A DNA stretch of 64,000 nucleotides from NCBI GenBank assembly GCA_963700315.1, contig CAVOXC010000001.1:397809-461808 (forward strand). The letters are read 5' to 3'. Origin of the DNA: an uncultured Acidobacteriota bacterium (GTDB lineage: Bacteria; Acidobacteriota; Thermoanaerobaculia; Multivoradales; JAGPDF01). The notes under the pieces were generated by a model. The model saw only the letters and a program-made list of their open reading frames with translations, was not told where the DNA came from and did not search any database. Made by a program: the position numbers and the translations under genes. Positions 18,897 to 28,670 of the stretch are shown here, one piece after another (the stretch's first letter is position 1; each line of letters starts with the position of its first letter).

Positions 18897-20015
18897 TCAC
18901 AGCCTGCCGGTGATCCAACACCCACCCAGCACCTGCGTGCCCTCGTAGAACACTGCGGCCTGCCCTGGCGCGACCCCGCGCTGTGGCGAGGCGAAGTCTA
19001 GCTCGACACGACCGAAGTCGAGAGGACGGACCCGCGCCCGCACGCCGCCATGGCGGGAACGGATCTTGACGGTGACCTCCCTTTCGCCACCGGGGGGCGG
19101 ACCGATCCAATGCGACCGCTCGCCGGCGAGGCCGGGCGCCTCGAGCTCGGCTGCCGAGCCCACGACGACGGTCGCCGTCGCCGGCATGACCTCGAGCACG
19201 TAGCGCCGCTCTCCTGCCGCGACCCCGAGACCGCGCCGCTGGCCAACGGTGTAACGGTAGTAGGGGGCTCCCGCGCCGAGCTCGGCACCGCTCCGGTCGA
19301 GGATGCGCGCCGGGCGGCCGACGTCCACGATGCCGAAGCGCTGCGGTCGCGCCGCGACCTCGCTCTCGACCAGCTCGCGCACGCCCGTCTCGACGAAACA
19401 GACATCCATGCTCTCGCCCTTCTCGGCCACCACCAAGCCGGCCTGGCGCGCGAGAGCGCGAACCTCCGCCTTGGTCTTGTCGCCCAACGGAAAGGCGACC
19501 CGGCGCAGCTGCTCTGTCGCGAGCTCGAACAGGTAGTAGCTCTGATCTTTGTCCGGATCGACCGCCGCATGCAGCTCGGGGCCGTGGGGCCCCTCGACGA
19601 CACGCGCGTAGTGTCCGGTCGCGAGCCGCTCCGCACCCAGCCGGCGGGCGCGCTCGAGTAATAGGTCGAATTTGATCCAGGTGTTGCAGCGGACGCACGG
19701 GCTCGGCGTCTTGCCCGCAAGATAGTCGGCGACGAAGGGCTCGACCACCTGTTCGCGAAACTCCCCGTCCATTCTCAGCGTGTGGTGAGGGAAGCCGGTC
19801 TGAGCCGCGACCCGACGCGCGTCGCCGAGATCCAGAGCGCCGCAGCAGCGGCCATGGGCGGCGCGTCCCGAGCCCTCCCAGAGCAGCATCGAGAGGCCGA
19901 GCACGCGCTCACCCGACTGGGCGAGCAACCACGCGGCGACCGACGAGTCGAGCCCGCCGCTCATCGCCACGGCGATCGGCTGGCGATTCCCGGCTTCCTG
20001 GCCTGTCGGAATCAA
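18897..20015 (-). CDS. mnmA: tRNA-specific 2-thiouridylase
   Basis: Intact 372-aa ORF with the PP-loop AMSGGLDSSVAA and ...CVRCNTWIKF... It has a 4-nt overlap with the upstream cysteine desulfurase. Confidence 0.9.
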   Translation of the reverse strand: MIPTGQEAGNRQPIAVAMSGGLDSSVAAWLLAQSGERVLGLSMLLWEGSGRAAHGRCCGALDLGDARRVAAQTGFPHHTLRMDGEFREQVVEPFVADYLAGKTPSPCVRCNTWIKFDLLLERARRLGAERLATGHYARVVEGPHGPELHAAVDPDKDQSYYLFELATEQLRRVAFPLGDKTKAEVRALARQAGLVVAEKGESMDVCFVETGVRELVESEVAARPQRFGIVDVGRPARILDRSGAELGAGAPYYRYTVGQRRGLGVAAGERRYVLEVMPATATVVVGSAAELEAPGLAGERSHWIGPPPGGEREVTVKIRSRHGGVRARVRPLDFGRVELDFASPQRGVAPGQAAVFYEGTQVLGGCWITGRL

Positions 20016-21172
20016 GCCCGCGTCCCCGCGGTCGAAGCGCCACGCAACACCGCGACCGCCGTCGCCAGCCGCGGCAGAAAGGCATCGATCTCCTCCTCGC
20101 GATTGAAGATGCCGAAGGAGACCCGGATCGTGCCGAGCGCGGCAGCGTGGTCGAGGCCCATGCGCGAAAGCACGGGGGAGGGCTCGACCTGGCCGGAGGC
20201 GCAGGCGGACCCGATCGAAACCTGGTACCCCTCCAGATCGAGCCGGATCATCAGCTCCTGCTGCACGACGCCCGGAAAGGCGACGCTCGAGGTGCTGGGC
20301 AGCCGCGGCACCGACGCGCCATGAATCCGGGCTCCGGGGATGTCCCGGAGCACTCCGGCTTCGAAGCGCTCGCGCAGCGCCGCCAGACTCGCCCGGCGCA
20401 GGTCGAGCTCCTCGCGGGCGAGCTGGCAGGCCACGCCGAAGCCGACGATCGCCGCGACGTTGGCCGTCGAGGCGCGGCGGCGCCGCTCCTGGGCGCCCCC
20501 GACGAGCAGGGGCTCGAAAGGTGCGCCGGGGCGAATCCAGAGTGCTGCGGCACCCAAGGGCCCATGGAGCTTGTGGGCACCCAGGGTCACGTAATCCGCT
20601 CCAAGATTTTGAATCGCAACCGAGATCTTGCCTGCGGCCTGGACCGCATCGCAGAGCAGGGGCACCCCCCGCTCGCGACAGAGCGCGGCGATGGCGCCGA
20701 CCGGCTGCACGGTGCCGAGCTCGTTGCTCGCGAGCATCAGAGCGGCGAGGGCGTCTCCCGGCCGCACCTCTTCGGCGAAACGCCCGACCGGAGCGACGCC
20801 GTCGGCGTCGGGATCGATGACCGCGGTCCGCGCTTTGGCGGCCCAGGGCGTGGCGAGCGCTGCGGGCACCGAGGGGTGCTCGAGACCGGACAGCACGAAC
20901 CGCGCCGCTCCCCGCGATCGGGCGAGCGCGGCATAGACCACGGCGTTGTTCGCTTCCGTTCCGGAAGCGGTGAAGACCACCTCGAGCGGCGTCGCGGCGC
21001 CCAGCAAGTGGGCGACTTCCTCGCGCGCGCCCTCGACCGCCGCTGCGGCCCGCTGCCCCACGGCGTGGGCCGACGAGGCGTTGCCGAAGCGTTCACCCAG
21101 CCAGGGCAGCATCGCTTCGCGCACCCGCGGGTCGAGCGGTGTCGTGGCGTTGTTGTCGAAGTAAGCGGCCAT
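20012..21172 (-). CDS. cysteine desulfurase (NifS/IscS class V aminotransferase)
   Basis: Intact 386-aa ORF. The PLP-lysine context is TLGAHKLHGP and the active-site Cys loop is SIGSACASG. Confidence 0.9.
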   Translation of the reverse strand: MAAYFDNNATTPLDPRVREAMLPWLGERFGNASSAHAVGQRAAAAVEGAREEVAHLLGAATPLEVVFTASGTEANNAVVYAALARSRGAARFVLSGLEHPSVPAALATPWAAKARTAVIDPDADGVAPVGRFAEEVRPGDALAALMLASNELGTVQPVGAIAALCRERGVPLLCDAVQAAGKISVAIQNLGADYVTLGAHKLHGPLGAAALWIRPGAPFEPLLVGGAQERRRRASTANVAAIVGFGVACQLAREELDLRRASLAALRERFEAGVLRDIPGARIHGASVPRLPSTSSVAFPGVVQQELMIRLDLEGYQVSIGSACASGQVEPSPVLSRMGLDHAAALGTIRVSFGIFNREEEIDAFLPRLATAVAVLRGASTAGTRA

Positions 21173-21248
21173 CGGCGTCCGATCCTACAGTCCGGCGGCG
21201 GCGGGCAGCGATCCGGATCGCCGCCCGGCACCGGATCTGCAACGATCG

Positions 21249-23776
21249 TTGCCGATGCGACGCTACAGCTTCGTCCGCCGTTGGTCCGTCGTGGCGCTCC
21301 TTGTCGCCGCGTTTCTTGTCGCTCTCGCCGCGCCAGCCTTCGCCATCGCGGAGAAGGATCTGCCCGAGACCTACCGCCTGTGGCTCGAGGAAGTGGCGCC
21401 GATCATCACCAAGGCGGAACGCGAGGCGTTCCTGGCGCTCGAGAAGGACTATCAGCGCGATGCGTTCATCGAGCGGTTCTGGCAGGTTCGCGATCCCTAC
21501 GGCGATACCGCGCGCAACGAGCTGCGCGAATCGTGGAGCACGCGGGTCGCCGAGGCCAAGCAGTTGTTCGGTTCGTTGGACGAGGAGCGCGCCCGCTTCT
21601 ACCTGCTCAACGGTGCGCCCGCCGCGCGCATCGCCGACGAGTGCGGCGTGCTGCTCTGGCCCACCGAGATCTGGATCTACCCTCCCAGCGAGCGGGTGCG
21701 AGAGGTCCTGGTGCTGGTCTTCTACCAGCGCTTCAAGCAGGGCAAGTTCCGCCTCTGGTTTCCCATCGACGGTGTCGACGCCCTATTGCAGGCGCCCTTT
21801 CCCGGCGCTTCCAACCAGGAGCTGATGGCCGAGATCGCGAATCGCTGCCTGCGCAACGACAACTTCGCCGCGGCGATCGCGTCGGTGCTCAATCGCGGGC
21901 AGATCGAGTACTCGATCCTGGTCGGCAGCGCCGAGAAGCCGATCGAGGGCCCGTCGCGCGAGTGGGTCTCGACCTTCAACTCCTATTCGACCGACCTGCC
22001 GGAGGCCGCCACCGAGCTGCCGGCCGAGATGACGATCGCATACCCCGGTCGGCGTCGGACCCGCACCGTGGTTCAGGCGACCGTGGCCGTTCCGCTCCTC
22101 GAGGCCGGCGTCGCCGAGCTCGCAGGCGCCCGCAGCTACAACTTCCTGCTCAACGGCGAGGTCCTGCGCGGCCGGCGGCTCTTCGACAGCTTCCGCTACA
22201 AGTTCGACCTGCCGGTCGCCGAGATCTCGAGCGAGTCCGATTCCGCTCGTCTTCGAGCGCTTCCTGCGCCCCGGCGACTACACGCTGATCGTCAAGCTGG
22301 AGGATCTCAACGGCCAGCAATTCTTCCGCGCCGAGCGCGCGATCTCGGTGCCGACGGTCGACGACGATGTCCCGCCGCCGCCGGATCGAGGAGAGCGCCC
22401 GCATCCTGGCCGAGGCCAACGCCGCGCTCTCCTCGCTCGAGACCACGATCCAGATCGTCCGACCGCGCGGCGAGATGCAGTCCGGCCTCGTCCGCTTCGA
22501 CACCCTGACCACCGGGCCGAACATCGAGGAGGTGCTCTTCTCGCTCGACGGCCAGGCGGTCCTGCGCAAGAACCGGCCGCCTTACTCCGTCGAGCTCGAC
22601 CTCGGCCAGGTCCCGCGCACGCGCAATCTGCTCGCGACCGCCTTCGACGCCGCGGGCGAAGAGGTGGCCTCGGACGAGATTCTGGTCAACGCCAGCACGC
22701 ATCGCTTCTCGGTCCGCCTGATCGAGCCGCGGCGGGGCAAGCACTACCGCCAGAGCCTACGCGCCGAGGCGCTGGTCGAGGTGCCCGAGGGCGCCTCGTT
22801 GGACCGTGTCGAGTTCTTCCTCAACGAGACGCGCGTCGCAACGCTCTATCAGGAGCCGTTCACCCAGCCGATCGTGCTTCCCACCGACGAGCAGGTCGCA
22901 TACGTCCGCGCCGTCGCCTTCCAGGTCGACGGCAACTCGACCGAAGACCTGGTCTTCGTCAACGCGCCGGAGAATCTGGACGAGATCGACGTCCAGTTCG
23001 TCGAGCTCTTCGCCACCGTGCTCGATCGGCAGAACCGGCCGGTCGCGGATCTCGGCCGCGAGGCTTTCACAGTGCTCGAGGACGGCGTGCCCCAATCGAT
23101 CACGCGCTTCGAACAGGTGGAGAACCTACCGATCCACGTCGCGGTGCTGCTCGATGTCTCGGCGTCGATGGAGCCCAACCTCGAAGCAGCCCGCGCCGCG
23201 GCACTCCAGCTCTTTCAGGAGGCGATCCAACCGAAGGATCGCGCCGGCCTGATTCCCTTCAACGATCGGCCGACCTTGGCGGTCAAGCTGACCAACCGGA
23301 TCGACGACCTGGCCGGCGGGCTGGCCGGACTCAAGGCGGAGCGTGGCACCTCGCTCCACGACGCCGTGGTCTTCTCGCTCTTCTACTTCAATGGCGTCAA
23401 GGGCCAACGCGCCATCATCCTGCTGTCGGACGGCAAGGACGAGAACAGCCGGTTCACCATCGACCAGACGCTCGACTTCGCGCGGCGCGCCGGCGTCGCC
23501 ATCTACTCGATCGGCCTCGGCATCGGCCGTACGGAATTCGAGACCCGAGGCGTGCTCAAGAAGCTCGCCGAGGAGACCGGCGGGCGCAGCTTCTTCCTGA
23601 AGGACATCGCGGAGCTCTCGGGCATCTACGGCGAGGTCCAGCGCGAGCTACGCTCGCGCTACCTGATCGCCTACCAGTCGACGAACACCTCGAAGGAAAA
23701 CCGCTTCCGCACGATCGAGCTCAAGGTCGCCGGCTCCGGGCTCGAGCCCAAGTCGATGCGCGGCTACTATCCCTGA
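21249..23776 (+). pseudogene. GWxTD-like domain / VWA domain secreted protein, two frame disruptions as assembled
   Basis: The signal peptide is VVALLVAAFLVALAAPAFA. N-terminal markers are FIERFWQVRDP...NEL and ARFYLLNGAP...EIWIYP. The frame changes near 22239 and within the ccg repeat at 22365-22385. The C-terminal VWA domain has the MIDAS sequence LLDVSASM. It ends RGYYP* like the intact paralog at 25065-27485. Confidence 0.75.
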
Positions 23777-23864
23777 TCGACAGGGCTAGGTCGTCACGCG
23801 GGCTCGGCCGCGGTTCGCTCGCCGACAGGTTGTTCGCGCTCCGAGCGAAGCGTGCGCCCAATGA

Positions 23865-24503
23865 CTACGGCTGGGCGAGAACGTAGAACCCGCGGGTCGA
23901 GAGGCTGTCGCGATCGATCTCGAGCCCGCTCCCCTCGAGCGCCGCGAGCAGGCGTTCGGGCGCCTCGGTCCGTTGCGCGACCAACCGGACGCGCGAGAAA
24001 TCGCAGCGCTCGAGCCAGCTCTCGAGCGTGGCGCGAGTAAAGAACCGATAGTGCGTGTAGCAGAGCAAGCCGATCGGCAGGTAGTCCCAGCGACCGGCGA
24101 GCAGGTCCTCGACCACCGCGCCATGCCCGACGTTCGGCACCGAGAGCAGGAGCGTCCCATCGGGCTCGAGCAGCCGTCGCATGCGCGCAAGAAACGCCTC
24201 CTGCTCGGTCAGATGCTCGAAGAGCTCGAGCGCCAGCACTAGATCGTAGCGCCCGTCGAGCTCCAGTTGCTCGACATCGCCGGCGACGACCCGATGAATC
24301 CGCCCGGCTGCCGCCGCCGCCGCGTGCGGGTTGAGCTCGACGCCGGTGACTCGGCAGCCGAAGCGCCGCTCCAGCAGCTCGCCCGTCGTGCCGTCACCGC
24401 AACCGATCTCGAGCACTTCGCCAAGACGATCGGGCAGGAGCGGAAGAACATCCCGCCGCTCCTCGCCGTAGTAAGGAATGAACTGATGACAGAGACCGGC
24501 CAC
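23865..24503 (-). CDS. class I SAM-dependent methyltransferase (possibly the C-terminal domain of a larger frameshifted gene)
   Basis: LEIGCGDGTTGELL motif I, then DLVLALELFEHL and LLEPDGTLLLSVPN. The frame stays open upstream of the annotated GTG. Confidence 0.75.
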   Translation of the reverse strand: MAGLCHQFIPYYGEERRDVLPLLPDRLGEVLEIGCGDGTTGELLERRFGCRVTGVELNPHAAAAAAGRIHRVVAGDVEQLELDGRYDLVLALELFEHLTEQEAFLARMRRLLEPDGTLLLSVPNVGHGAVVEDLLAGRWDYLPIGLLCYTHYRFFTRATLESWLERCDFSRVRLVAQRTEAPERLLAALEGSGLEIDRDSLSTRGFYVLAQP

Positions 24504-24519
24504 CGCCCCCGTCTCGGCC

Positions 24520-24996
24520 GGCGCGCCCGAGCCGCAGCCAAGCCGACGGATCCTCCGCCATGGTGGCCGCCAGCACTTCGCGCCGCCAGAGCGAGACCGG
24601 CAGCGCCCATGCCGCCCCGTCGCCCGGCGTGCCTCGAGCCGCCAGCACTGCTCGCTCCAGCTTCTCGAATCCCCGCAGGGAATAGACCGGCGCGCTCGCC
24701 GCCAGCTGCTCGCGCGCCGCCGTGAGCGACTGCGGTGCGGCCCAGCCGCACCCTCCCTCGATGGCAGCGGCCAGGGCGCGCAGCGAGCGGCGGGTGAGCA
24801 GGATGTCGTCCTCGGCGAGCAGCACGACGTCCACCGCCGAGCGGCTCGCGGCTTCGAGACCGGGTGGGTCGAGCGGCATCAGCTCGAGCGCGCCGAACGC
24901 GGCGCGCGCCTCGGTTTCGAGCCAGCTCGCGAGGTACCGGAACTCGGGGGCTGCGCGATAGAGATCGCGCTCTGGACGGAGCAAGAGGGCCGACAC
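24520..24996 (-). CDS. hypothetical protein / possible N-terminal domain of the adjacent methyltransferase
   Basis: ORF 24394-24996 reads plausibly (DVVLLAEDDILLTRRSLRALAAAIEGG...) until about 24525. It then becomes low-complexity, while the methyltransferase frame becomes sensible. Confidence 0.4.
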
Positions 24997-25064
24997 CGGC
25001 GCGAGACTGTACCAGCGACGCTGGCTCGATGCGAGCAGGCGAGCGATAGGATGCGCGGCATCCG

Positions 25065-27485
25065 ATGAGACACCGCGCCCTCGCCACCGCCTCGCTCGCG
25101 CTTGCTCTCTCGGCCACGCCGGTGCCGGGAGCGGATGCCGATCCCGGTCCCCGGGAGGACCCGTCCTTCCTCGAAGTGGCAGGGCCGTTGCTCAGCGACG
25201 AGGAGCGCGAGATCTATCTCGCGCTCGGTCGGGACTATCGCAGAAGGGCCTTCGAACGGAGGTTCTGGGCGGGACGCGACCCCTTTCCCGAGACCCCGGT
25301 CAACGAGCTCGAGGCGCGCTGGCGGGAGCGAATGCCCCGAGCGCTCGAGCAGTTCGGCACGCTCGAGGATCCACGCGCTCCCGTGATGCTGCTCGCGGGC
25401 GAGCCGAGCGCGCGCCTCGAGCTCGGCTGTCCGGGCCGGCTCCGGGCCGGAGCGGTCTGGGTGTTCGACTCGGCGGACAGGATCCGCGAGCCGTTCGCCC
25501 TGGTCTTCATCGCAGCACCAGCGGGCGGCATGGCGAGCCTCTGGCGCCCCAGCGCGGGCGCCGCCGCTCTCGCCGCTCAGGGGGTGAATCTCCTGGAAAG
25601 CGCGGGACCTCAGGGCTGGACAAGCGGCTGCGCCCGCGCCGAGGATCTCCGCTCCGCCCTGTCGCTTGCCGCGGACTGGGAGGAGCTCGTGCGGCGCCAC
25701 GGCGTCCTGCCGCGTCCCGATCCGGCTTGGGCGCGCGAGTTCCTGACCGATGCCGCCGCCGGTGAGCCGCCGTCGGCGCTCGGCGCAGCGCTCGACTACG
25801 AGTTCCCGACGGCCCGGGGCCGCCGCACTCTGGTGGAGGGCACGTTCACGCTCTTTCCCAATCCGGCAGGCCCGCTCGCGTACCGTCTGGAGGGAGAAGT
25901 CGTGCAGGGCGACGCGTTGGTCGAGACCTTTCGCTATCGCTTCGACCCGCTGCGCACGCCCGGGACCGGCGCGCCGCCGATTCCGATCCGCTTCCAGCGG
26001 TTGCTCACACCCGGCCTCTATCGCGTTGTCTTGCGCCTGGTCGACATGGTCTCGCAGGCCGAGTTCCACGATGAGCGAGCGCTCGAGGTACCGTTTGCCA
26101 ACGCGACGCTGCGAGCAGGTGAGGTTCCGACGCTCGAGGCGGGCGAGGGCGAAGTCTCCCTCCGCCTGCGGGCTCCGCTCGACAGGCTGGTGACTGGCCG
26201 CCAACGGGTCGACGCCGAGCTCCGCGGCAACGGCGTCGCGCGCGTCGCTTTTCGGCTCGACGGGCGCGCAGTGCTCACCAAGGCACGCCCCCCCTACGAG
26301 GTCGAGCTCGACTTCGGCAAGGCACCACGGCCACGCCGCGTCGAGGCGATCGCCCTCGACCGGCGCGGGCGCGAGCTGGCGCGCGATCAGATCACGATCA
26401 ATGGCGGGCCGCATCGCTTCACGCTCCGTCTCGTCGAGCCCGCCTTCGTTCCGGGCGGCACCGACCGGATTCCCGTGCGTGCCGTCATCGAAGCCCCCGA
26501 GGGCGAACGGATCGAGCGCGTCGAGCTCCACCTCGGCGAACACCTCGCCGCTACCCTGTTCCAGTCACCCTGGTCGCTGACGCTACAGGCACCCTCTGCC
26601 ACGCGCCCCGATTGGGTGCGCGCGGTCGCCTACCTCGAGGGCGGAGGTGCGGCCGAAGACGTGCGGCTGTTGGCCGGTGGCGTTCCGGGCGAAGCGCTCG
26701 ATGTCGATCTCGTCGAGATCTACGCCACGGTGCTCGACCGTCGCGGCCGGCCGATCAACGACCTCGAAGCGGACGAGGTTCACGTCAGCGAGGATGGCGC
26801 GGAGATGACGATCCGCCGATTCGAGCGCGTCGAAGGCCGACCAATCCATGCCGGCGTGCTGATCGACGTTTCCTCCTCGATGGCTGAGGAGCTCTGGGAG
26901 GCCGAGCGCGCCGCTTTCGTCTTCTTCGAACGCGTGCTCACGCCGCGCGACCGCGCCGCCGTAGTGATCTTCTCGGACGAGGTCCGGCTCGCAGCGCGTT
27001 TCACCTCTCGGCTCGATGTGCTGGCTGGCGGGCTTGCCGGCCTCGAGGCGCGCGGCGACACGCACCTCCACGATGCGGTCGCATTCGCGCTGCACTACTT
27101 CAGCGGCATCCGCGGCCAGCGCGCCATTGTCCTGCTGTCCGACGGCTTCGACTCCGGTAGCAAGCTCGACTTCGAGGACACTCTCGACTACGCACGCCGA
27201 ACCGGAGTCGCCATCTACGCCATTGGCCTCGGCGTGCCGACCAATCCGCCGGACGGCCGCTTCGCGCTGGATCAGCTCGCGCGAGAGACCGGCGGCCGCT
27301 CGTTCTACGTCGATCGCGCCAGAGAGCTCGAACGTGTCTACACGTTCATCGAGCGCGAGCTGCGCGCGCAGTACCTCATCGCCTACCAGTCGCCACACAG
27401 CGCCGGCGGCTCCTTCCGTGAGATCGACGTGGAGATCCTGCGGCTCGGCGCGGAAGCGCGGACGATTCGCGGCTACTACCCGTGA
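25065..27485 (+). CDS. GWxTD-like domain / VWA domain secreted protein (intact paralog)
   Basis: Intact 806-aa ORF with signal peptide ASLALALSATPVPGADA. It carries FERRFWAGRDP...NELE, RPPYEVELDFG, the VWA MIDAS sequence LIDVSSSM, and ends IRGYYP*. Confidence 0.8.
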   Translation: MRHRALATASLALALSATPVPGADADPGPREDPSFLEVAGPLLSDEEREIYLALGRDYRRRAFERRFWAGRDPFPETPVNELEARWRERMPRALEQFGTLEDPRAPVMLLAGEPSARLELGCPGRLRAGAVWVFDSADRIREPFALVFIAAPAGGMASLWRPSAGAAALAAQGVNLLESAGPQGWTSGCARAEDLRSALSLAADWEELVRRHGVLPRPDPAWAREFLTDAAAGEPPSALGAALDYEFPTARGRRTLVEGTFTLFPNPAGPLAYRLEGEVVQGDALVETFRYRFDPLRTPGTGAPPIPIRFQRLLTPGLYRVVLRLVDMVSQAEFHDERALEVPFANATLRAGEVPTLEAGEGEVSLRLRAPLDRLVTGRQRVDAELRGNGVARVAFRLDGRAVLTKARPPYEVELDFGKAPRPRRVEAIALDRRGRELARDQITINGGPHRFTLRLVEPAFVPGGTDRIPVRAVIEAPEGERIERVELHLGEHLAATLFQSPWSLTLQAPSATRPDWVRAVAYLEGGGAAEDVRLLAGGVPGEALDVDLVEIYATVLDRRGRPINDLEADEVHVSEDGAEMTIRRFERVEGRPIHAGVLIDVSSSMAEELWEAERAAFVFFERVLTPRDRAAVVIFSDEVRLAARFTSRLDVLAGGLAGLEARGDTHLHDAVAFALHYFSGIRGQRAIVLLSDGFDSGSKLDFEDTLDYARRTGVAIYAIGLGVPTNPPDGRFALDQLARETGGRSFYVDRARELERVYTFIERELRAQYLIAYQSPHSAGGSFREIDVEILRLGAEARTIRGYYP

Positions 27486-28063
27486 GCCGGACGCTGCGCC
27501 TGGTGCTCGCTTCGGCCTCGCCGCGGCGCCGCGACCTCTTGGCCGAGCTCGGACTTCCGTACGAGATCCGCCCTGTCGACGCCGACGAGCGGCCCCTACC
27601 CGGTGAGAAACCCGAGGCGATGGTGCTGCGGCTGGCCCTCGCCAAGGCACGAGCCGCCGCGCGCGACGGTGAGGTGACGCTCGGCGCCGACACGGTGGTC
27701 GCGCTCGGCGACGAGATCCTCGGCAAGCCGTCAGGCTCGGCCGAGGCGCGCTCGATGCTGGCACGCCTCGCCGGCCGTGCTCACGACGTCTGGACGGGCG
27801 TCGCGACCATCACCCGGGACGGCGCGGTGATCCGGGAGCGCGCTCGCGCGGAGCGCACACGTGTCGTCTTCCGTCCCCTGGCCGCCGGCGAGATCGCCGA
27901 GTACGTAGCGACCGGCGAGCCGCTCGACAAGGCGGGCGCCTACGCGATCCAGGGCGGCGCGGCCGGGTTCGTGTCCGAGCTGGTGGGCAGCCGGTCGAAC
28001 GTCGTCGGCCTGCCGCTCGAGGTCGTTCGCGAGCTGCTCGAGACCATCAACCGCCGAACTTGA
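27482..28063 (+). CDS. maf: Maf-like nucleoside triphosphate pyrophosphatase
   Basis: LVLASASPRRRDLL...KAGAYAIQG is present. The GTG start overlaps the upstream stop (GTGA). Confidence 0.85.
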   Translation: MSRTLRLVLASASPRRRDLLAELGLPYEIRPVDADERPLPGEKPEAMVLRLALAKARAAARDGEVTLGADTVVALGDEILGKPSGSAEARSMLARLAGRAHDVWTGVATITRDGAVIRERARAERTRVVFRPLAAGEIAEYVATGEPLDKAGAYAIQGGAAGFVSELVGSRSNVVGLPLEVVRELLETINRRT

Positions 28064-28358
28064 TCGGCTCGCCGAGCTCTTCGAGCGAGAAATTGGTCAT
28101 GATCTGGTGGCCGTTGAAGTCGAGCACGCGAATGTCCTCGACGACGTCGAGGTCCCTGGCCACGTTCTGGTAGGCGTGCTCGTAGCGTTGGCGCACGGCC
28201 TCGAGCGCAACCTCGTAGGCGATGAACTTCGTGATCCCCTTGTAGGCGAGCTTCTCCACCAACCGCGGATCGGTGAGCTCGGGATAGGTCGAGAGCACCA
28301 GAATGGGCCCGGTGCCGGTGAAGATCAGGTACGACCGGATCGTCGCGTGCGGGCTCAT
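28047..28358 (-). CDS. small conserved-looking cytoplasmic protein of unknown function
   Basis: ATG 28358 follows GAGAGGAG. The 103-aa product is MSPHATIRSYLIFTGTGPILVLSTYPELTD... I do not recognise the family. Confidence 0.55.
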   Translation of the reverse strand: MSPHATIRSYLIFTGTGPILVLSTYPELTDPRLVEKLAYKGITKFIAYEVALEAVRQRYEHAYQNVARDLDVVEDIRVLDFNGHQIMTNFSLEELGEPIKFGG

Positions 28359-28460
28359 TGTGCTCCTCTCTCCAGAGTGTCTGCGCGGACCGTAGCGGCG
28401 ACCCGCGAGGCTGTCAAGCCGACGAGAGCTAAACGCCGGTTCCACAGAGATTTGCGATCA

Positions 28461-28478
28461 GGGTCACCGGCCCGTCAC
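28461..28478 (+). promoter_or_regulatory. weak Pho box-like pair in the phoB / small-gene divergent intergenic region
   Basis: The sequence is GGGTCAC cggc CCGTCAC, 11-bp phased. Only the GTCAC cores match. Confidence 0.35.
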
Positions 28479-28567
28479 GCACCGCTGTGGAAAAAGTCTC
28501 GGCCGCCGACCGATCCGGGACTCCTTGGCGCTCAGTAACTTGCACATAAAGAATGGCAAAAACACGC

Positions 28568-28670
28568 ACTTACGCGGATTGCACAAGATCTTGGTCAAAA
28601 CGCTGGCGGCGCCGCCGAGCCGGGCCTCGGCACCGCTCCCGACGCCGGTTTTCCGCAGCCTTTTCCGCAG
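28568..28670 (+). repeat. 103-nt conserved non-coding leader block, copy A (upstream of phoB-like gene)
   Basis: It aligns without gaps to 36014-36116. Block 1 (37 nt) matches 24/37, a GC-rich hairpin spacer of exactly 42 nt follows, and block 2 (GGTTTTCCGCAGCCTTTTCCGCAG) matches 21/24. Confidence 0.75.

Noticed and set aside
22365-22385. Programmed frameshifting at the ccg-ccg-ccg-ccg run in the GWxTD/VWA gene
   Set aside because: There is no slippery heptamer or downstream structure. The paralog is a single uninterrupted ORF, and the other lesions in the window have no common motif. A simple indel is more parsimonious.
28554-28568. Sigma-54-like TGGCA-N-GCA element (TGGCAAAAACACGCA) in the phoB leader
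   Set aside because: The GG-to-GC spacing is one nucleotide short of the canonical -24/-12 arrangement. The -12 TTGC is absent, and copy B of the leader has no equivalent.
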